Shown: one piece after another, positions 55,347-64,000 of the stretch
Numbering within the stretch: position 1 is the first letter of the stretch
Layout of the letters: each line of letters opens with the position of its first letter
DNA from: Oculina patagonica
Taxonomy: Eukaryota
Reading direction: 5' to 3'
Length of the DNA: 64,000 nt
Assembly (NCBI RefSeq): GCF_052425735.1
Contig: NC_135759.1
Location: 23,188,001 to 23,252,000 of the forward strand
The notes under the pieces: generated by a model
What the model was told of the DNA's origin: nothing
The model's database searches: none
What the model saw: the letters and a program-made list of their open reading frames with translations, nothing else
Translations under genes and position numbers: made by a program

Positions 55347-58300
55347 TTAAATATTTGCTGACCAATATAACCGTCCGTTTTGTGACATACTGCTTCTCTG
55401 TGTGGGTCGCGGTCGAATCAAAGAGGTCTTTGCAACAGGCAGTGAAATTAGCTCATCATTTGGTTAATCAGTATAGACCGGAAACACTGTGACCTCGAGG
55501 CACTGTCTTAATTTTTTTTAGCGGGAGTTGTTGATCCTAGCTAAAAGGCCAATATTGATAAGGCTTGCATTTTTAGAATAATGTTTTAAAATTTTGTTTA
55601 TTTGAAAACAATGGGCCAATTAGGGAACAGATGTGAAATATTTTCATTACCACTTTAATTTTTGCATGCCTGTGCCTGGATTCTCGTTCAATTTGTTTCC
55701 TCCAACTCAACAACAGCCAGAGTACTTCTTTACAACTGCCTTCCAGTAGGATAGTCGTTTTTAGCATTTTCTCTTTAAGACAAGAATGGCAATATAACAA
55801 CTTTAAAATTTTGGCCGCAGAAAATAAGTCGTGAGTCATACGCCTAAAGTGACGAAATGAAAATCTAGACAAACAAACAAAAGGTGACAAAAAGTGAGGT
55901 GCTCCGTACGAAGCTAAAAAGTTAGTTAAGATGGTTCCTTGGTAGTGCCTAGTTGAGACAAACCAACGTAAAATAAGATTTTAGTTTTAACGTAGTAATC
56001 TCAAGATGTGGACAGTATTTTATATTCACTAAGATGAACAATTTGGAGATGCAAGAACTCATTAGACGGTGCCTATACATCAGATAAAAGATCGTTTTTT
56101 TTTAGATTGTTTGTTTGTTTTATAGATACCCAGACTTGACACGCACCTTTTCAATTTAGTCACGGGATGGAGCTCTGCTAAGCACACTGGAGGTTTTAGT
56201 TTCATTTTACTGATTTATACGGCGTAAGTAAATGGCACGAAATTTCAGCGACTAATCCATCACTGATCGAACTATATCGCATGACAGTTTTCTTCAGTCT
56301 GTGGCTTATGCAAAAATATATAAAGTTACATGTCTGCTACACACACTTCAGCAGTCGGTTGACTCGGTTTCGGAGAGAAATTAAGATGGGGAGCTCTGTA
56401 AAAAAGAAGATCGCGACTTTGAAATGAAATGAAAGCTGGCTGCAAAACTTGCGACGGTTTATGTCTCGGGTAGTGTCCTGTGCGAGCCGCATTGAGAAAA
56501 AACGGTTTGCTGTGGTTGCCTTTGGTTTGTTTGCCTCTAGACGTGAGCGACAGAAAACCGGAAGAAAATGGTTGAAGTCCCCTGAAATTGGTAGGCGCAA
56601 CTTTACGAGGACATCGCACGCAGGCTTTATGATTTATGGCCTAGAGAGAGAAATAAAACCGTCTTGAATAAGTTGTGATTAAGGTGACCTAAAAAAACAT
56701 GTTCTGAACTGAGATTATGTAGTTCAGGGGTTTGTAACTGGCCCGTGTAATAAAATGATAATCACAGATCACAAATATCATTTTGCGTTAAGGACATAAA
56801 TCAATCTTTCTTTTTATCTGACAACACCTGTCACAGGTATTTGTCGTTCACAGACCAGAGATGACAAGTTGTATCTGTTATGAGAAACTAGAAATGTTTC
56901 CCTGAGTAATAGGGTGCAGCTGATTAAACGAAAAGATAGACTGTTTGCACGCTTTCACGCCGAATACAAACAACTTTCCTCGCTCAGTAACAGGCCTAAA
57001 GAGAGAACTTAAACTGAGCCACATTCGACATTTTCCCTTAGGGCCCACTTTTCTAAATTGCGGTCGTTTCATTTATAATTTATCACCGGCCACAAGAACT
57101 TTAGTCTTATCTTAACTAATCGACCACAAAAATTCGCTCAAATGGTTGCGAAAATTAAAAATAACAAAAACAATTTACTTTTAAGTTAAAGTAATAGATG
57201 CTGGCTCCTAGTTCACTGAATAAGTCTAAACGCATTCTCACCTCGAAGATTTATTTTCTCCATGGTGACCGATCAAAAGATACGCAAATGTTATATACAG
57301 CTCTTATGCCATATTTCACTCGTGGTTTCTTTTCTTTGAAAATATTTTCCATAACAAAGGCAAGCCGTTGAGCCGCTGTTGTTTCATTGTCGAGTGTTTG
57401 AATTACAACTGCTACATACAGAGTTACTGAAACAAAAGCAGCAAACGCATAGCCACTGAAAACCTTTGCGCCATAAGAAATAATTTCCCATGTGCTATCA
57501 CATTGAGATTAGTTAAAGCGTTTTTTTTTTAACTCTGTAATCGAAGCTAATGCTTAATGAAGCCTCCAATTGGAACAAGACCGCTACTAACTATGACATC
57601 AAAGACTAAACTCCCAGACGATGTAACTCGAATTTAACAACTCCCTGATTTCTGTTCGGATCTGCCTGTCTTGTGACTATCTTGCTAACAAGTTTTTTTA
57701 AACTGGGTTTTGTCTTGCGATAAATGCTAAAACTCTGGCATTTCTTGAGGCTAGACAAAATTAGACTGTCAAGGTTTCGTTCGTTAAGAGTGCAGCTTCA
57801 CGGGGTTAAAGAATATTTTATTCATGTACTTCAGTACTTATTCTACAGTATTTTTAAGTGGTGATATGTTTCAACCATTATTTCAAGATAACAAATGACA
57901 GCTACTGATCCGAAATCCGACAAAAATACCAACGCAATTTGTCTGAAAGAATAAATATTTTGAATATACACTGTTGCATTTTGGCAGTTTATTTTAGTTG
58001 ATATCCTGGCGCTTAATCTACAAGTTCACGCGTAAGAAATTGGGAATGTTTAGATAAGGGAAGATAACCGCTCTGTGAAAACACCATATGTCACAATATT
58101 TGACAGAAAATACTTGTGCCATTTTTGCTTTTATAAAATGAGACAAATCAAAGCCAGGGTATATGTTAATTTTGCAACATGCTTCGCTACCGGGTGGTCA
58201 GATCTTCGATGCTCTCAGCACGCGAACCGTGGATCGGTGTTAAGAAAGAATGATATTTGAAAGGCTGGCTTTGTAAAGATAATTCACCGGAGGCGATTTA

Positions 58301-58466
58301 CGTTAATGAGGAGCTTCCTACCTGGCGAAGGAAACACATTTAAGCGAATAAACACTCGACTTCTCATCCGGGATTTCCTAACAAAGGAAACCGCAATCCA
58401 CAGAGCGCGATAAAAGGTTTGTCAATATCTGTACATCGTGGTGGGCCTCAGCTTCAACGTTCTGAA

Positions 58467-59393
<927 letters not shown>

Positions 59394-62300
59394 TAGAAAC
59401 AGTAGCGGGGATGTATGTGACTGCCTTTTTAAAATCCTTACATGTCGACATGATCTGTCAATGCGCGGCCCAGGGCGTTGAAAGATCGTGGAATTAGAGC
59501 TCTAGGAACGGTCCGAGTTCGCCATTCTCTTCTGCTGTTATGCCCCAAGGCCGGCCAGATGTTCATTTATTATGCACGCTCGTCAAACGCTATTTATTTT
59601 GTTATTAGTTTAACTCAGTGACGCCAAGCATTTAGACGCATATAAATAACACGCTCGAAGGCTGTCATTCTGCGTGGCACGCGCGCAGACAATGTGAAGT
59701 GGCTTTTGTGTTCCATTCTTCTCGCGCTATCTTCATTATGAAAGAGTTTTCAAGCCAAAGATTGAGAAATTGGTCTTCCACAATGACCAATTATCGGCCA
59801 GCTCGATATATTCATAAAATAGTCTGCTTGCGTCGGGTTCCAAGTGATTTCTTTCGCACTTCACGGAGTATGATTAAATTTAATTACTTTCAACTAAGAG
59901 CATTTACTTTATATATGAAGCTTCGTTTTGCATACTAAGTAAGTCGGAGATTATCTTGACAAAATTCCCCTAAAAATGTCTTTTCTTCGGCCATTCTTTC
60001 CGCAGAATACCCCGAGGTTTTGAGGTTTATTTGCGGTTAAAACTCGCGGTGATATTAATTTTCGTCGCTATTTGAAACGGGAAGAATCCCCGCTGGGACA
60101 AAGTTGTACAATATTAATGGCACCCCTGCGGTTTTGTATTTGTTTGTGCTAATAATCTTAGCTTTCCAGGTTATGAAAACCTTGTTTTTGCGTAGAGCGA
60201 GATTGGCCGCGATTTCAAACACTGCTTAAATTTTCGCTCTTGTCGTACGCCATTAAAAACTCGCGGAGTGATGTTTAGTTATCAACGAGAGCGCAATTTC
60301 GATTCCACGGTGAAGGGCGTTCAGCAAGTCATAACAAGAAACGTCATCTTTCAAAGCTGAACAATACGATAACAATGCGCGATAACTTTATCATTAAAGT
60401 AAACATCGTGTATTCACTAGATTAAAGCTAGCATTAGCTTGCTGTTGTATAAAATTGACACAGTTTGGAAAAGCAATTTTACGTGCCAAATTGTTCTCAA
60501 AGCTGGAACATTTTCAAGAGCCCGATTAGGCGAGGGCACGATTTAAGGGGTCTTTCGACTGATATATCGTCCCGTTGTTCAAATCCTTCAGTTTTTAAGT
60601 GGTCTTTGGTTAATCTTTAAGACTTGAATTCCTCGATTGTATGTCAAAAATTTAACCTTTTATGTTCACTTTTTAATCTGGTGTCAATTTTGGCCTAAAC
60701 TTTGGTGGGTTACCTCACGGGCGCGAGATGCCGTTCGACGAAGGAAACTTTTGTTCAAATCTAGACCAAACAGGACAACAACTTTGTAAATTCGTTTCTC
60801 TTGCTGAATTGTTGAATTTCGCTACGGGGGAGGCAGGTCAGACCGGTGCTCCATTCTGTTAATCTCTTCAAAAACAAGGCTTGAAATCCTTTTATCAGAT
60901 TATAACACTGGTGTTAAACCTCTGTTAATGAAATACGTCAAACGGTTAAAACGCGAAAGCTATAAACACTTAAAATATGTTTTATGGCGCACATAAAAAG
61001 ATCTAATTTTTACGCTGAACCAACGGATTGCAACATAAATCGTTCAAGACGTGGCGCGGTGCCTGTAATTCTATAAAAACCTGCAAAATTAAACAAAGAC
61101 CGACATTTTAGCACAGCACGCTATGGAAATCAATATTTGAGATTTATTTGATGAGATATATGGCATGTTGTACGAATGCAGCTTCGCAACACGCGTTTCC
61201 GTACTTTTTTCAATGAAATATCATTAACTCGTCATTAACAGACCTTGTGAAAAGAATGAATACCATTTTAATTGCTTTTCTGTGTTTGACAAGTTGATTG
61301 TGAAGATAAATAGCCTATTGTCGTCCGTTTTGATCGAATAATACAATAGTTTATTATAGAAAGCGGTCGGTGTCCTTTGTTTTAGAAAACAAACTCGGAA
61401 ATGCTAAACAAAGCTGAAACGTGTGTTTTTAATACAACTGGTTACGTGGTTTTTGATCGGGAATCTAGAAAAGTCCGACCTTCATTAGAAATATATCTCT
61501 CTGGGGTTTTCTAAAATAAATATACACCTTTCAATTTCATCAAAGTCAAAGCCTTCTAGCTCAGTCTAACAGATTACGTAGGAACTATTGTTTTGGAAAT
61601 AAATTATTGGTTCAGCGAAGAATGACATCGCTTCTGGATACAGTCAATAGAAAATACGAACATACAGTACGGCTAACACACAACATCATCTGTTTCATTG
61701 GCATTTTCATTTTAATCGGAAATCTGAACGTATTGTTTTTAAAAAAAAAAGAGTGTAAAGGTATTTAAACCCCGGCTAAAACGAGATCCCAAAACGCCCA
61801 ATTTGTAACTGTCAATGTGGAGTTTTCAAATTCTGTTTACCCGGCTAAAGAAATCGAAACTCTTTTGAAATCCGTAAAAAAATATATTTTCCCTTTTTTC
61901 TTTGAACCATCTAGTAGTTTATTTCCCTGTAAAATATTTTAAAAACGTCCGTAATTGATACTGGTTTCGCTGTCCTTTTCCGCGAAAATGTAAATTTATT
62001 TTGTGATCAGTTGCATATTATCACTCAGTCAGTTTCTAATTCATTTTCAAGGGACTTTTCCCCGTCGGCTATAAAAGTCTGGACTAAATGGGTGTGACCA
62101 CCTGGGTGTGACACTTAAATTACTAGGAAATTAAGAGTAAATTCCTCGTAAATTTTAAATGGAATTCAAGGAACTGCAGGCATTTTTGGCGTAGCCTTAC
62201 TTCTAGAAACTACACACAAATTCGCCAAGATAACAACGCAAAATAAAACCAGGAAATAGGATATTACATTCTTAGGCATAATTAAAACGCTAAATTCGCC

Positions 62301-63812
62301 GTAGACTTTCTACGTCAGTACCAGAGGCACTACAGCAATGCTTAAAATAAGCTTTTGTGTTATACACGGTAATTCCTTCCTATCTTGGGCTTGGCTGACC
62401 AACGCGCCCATGCCTAATAGCTGTGATGTGTGTTTGACTGTGTAGTGAAGGCAAAATTGAGCTTTTTGTGTACTGCACGGCAATTCCTTCCGTGTTTTCA
62501 TTTCCGCGAATTTCAATATTTATTTCCTTTTGCCTAGAAGTTGCGAACTCAGCTAGTTTCCAGCTTTGTTCATTTCCTGGGGGGTTTTCCCGCCAGGTAT
62601 CATCACAGTTTCGCTGAACGCAGGTTTAATAATGGGCGAATCGTTTACCAGGAATTAACCGCAATTTCCCTTTAATGGGTTAATCTTCAATGGGTTTCGA
62701 AGAATTTCAACGAGCGGTGTGGTTTTGGACCAGTTTTTTTCCAAGAAACCATTGATAAAACAAAATAATGATAGATAAGGAGTGTTCCGTTTTTAAAAGA
62801 CTATCGAAAGTTATTAGCATATGTAATAAATGTTTGCTTTCAATGATAAAAGTTTCTAAATATCTTTTTTTTATTTATTCGAGATGTTTTTTACTCGGCT
62901 GACAGTACGATGGCCTAAAACCAAGATCTTATCTCGCTCAGTATTTTTTCACAAGGGGCGTAACTAAGGCGTAACGATTCTCCGGTAAAATGATCCGATG
63001 CTGAAGAAGCGAAACGTTGTGGCACTCAATCCTTCATGAACTGTAGTAGTCGTGCCCGTATGGAAGCCGATTCTTGAAGCTTGTAGTAGGAGGGTCTGAA
63101 TTGGGCAACTCAATTCTCTGTTCCCACGTCGGCCGAGTCTTTTGGGCCTTAAAAAATTTCGCCGGGCTTTTTCTCGTCTTATCATTTGTAACAGGTTAAC
63201 CAAAATTTGAAATTAAAGATCTCACTTCTCAACTGACAGCTGCAGTTGTTATTTTTAACTCCATTCAGACTTCTGTCGGCTTCTCTCCAGCTTTCGCTGT
63301 AAGTTTCTAACTGGAACATAAACTGGCATTTAATGTCCCCGTTTCGTGTAGAATAACTTTTAGTACGCGGAAAATAGTGCGTTTATTTCTGGAGAACTAT
63401 TGCAAATGAGGTAAATGACGAATGTATTCTGTATGTTAGGAGAAGTGGAATGATTTCTAAGCCACATTCACAAATTTGTGTCGAGGATCAGAATAAGTTT
63501 GTATGCGCGTGTGCCACACGTACAGCCACGAAGCGCGCGATCTGAGTTAGAAAAATATAAAAATATAGAAGTTTTTTTTATCTGGTTGTTGTTGTTGGAA
63601 GCTCTGCAATTCTGGCTCAAAAGACAGTTTGAACACTATTGTAAAGTTTCATGCGTTGCTGCATGAACGAGATGAAAAAAATAAATTCAACGACCACTTT
63701 ATGTTTTGAGAACGGCCAGAGGACACTTGCACAATGGCGCAATTACTCTGCTCCCTGAGGTTTACTTTGTTCTCTTTTCTCGATCAAATTTGAGCTGCGA
63801 AGCGATGACAAC

Positions 63813-64000
63813 GTACCCTGGTTCCAGAGGTTTTCTCTTTTTATATTTCTCAATCTAAGTCGAGCCGCGAAGTGGCGAAAACAACCGCGGATTTCGACCG
63901 CCGCGGATTTTACGATTAGTAAAAGGAAGAAGAAAGAAAACCTCCCTGACCAAGCGACAACGAGTGGCGATGTGACGAGCGAGAAAACAGGTTTTGTCTT
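63813..64000. mobile_element. Probable MITE at the right edge
   Basis: GTACCCTGGTTCCAGAGGTTTTCTCTTT with a partial inverse AAAGAAAACCTC near 63933-63944. CpG-rich GCCGCG repeats inside. Confidence 0.4.

Overview
Eukaryotic (animal) genomic DNA with spliceosomal GT-AG introns. The gene content and the repeat families suggest an anthozoan cnidarian, probably a stony coral (inference). I built six gene models by hand from ORF pieces and splice sites. (1) RMND5/GID2, minus strand, first four exons, running off the left edge. (2) RTF2, plus strand, apparently intronless and split by a +1 frame break; it sits head-to-head with RMND5, with 199 nt between the ATGs. (3) A complete 13-exon LRRK2 orthologue, minus strand, ARM-ANK-LRR-ROC-COR-kinase-WD40, about 2637 aa. 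(4-6) A cluster of three Polycomb group RING finger paralogues: PCGF1 (+, complete), PCGF3 (-, complete) and PCGF5 (+, first two exons only). Introns in the left 41 kb are dense with non-autonomous DNA transposons (TA-, TTAA-, 3-bp and 9-bp TSD types, and CAGGG-ended elements with 5-, 6- and 7-bp TSDs), often nested, plus SINE and LINE fragments. Most notable: the LRRK2 has Cys at the position of human R1441 (the Parkinson allele R1441C) and an altered ROC switch region; a foldback-like TA-flanked element carries a decayed bipartite paired (Pax-like) domain; the RTF2 frame break; the PCGF1/3/5 cluster; and a duplicated exon end in PCGF3 that could act as a poison exon. I found no CRISPR array, rRNA or true tRNA gene, and no clearly new multi-gene system. 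All homology calls come from remembered family sequences, not from database searches.
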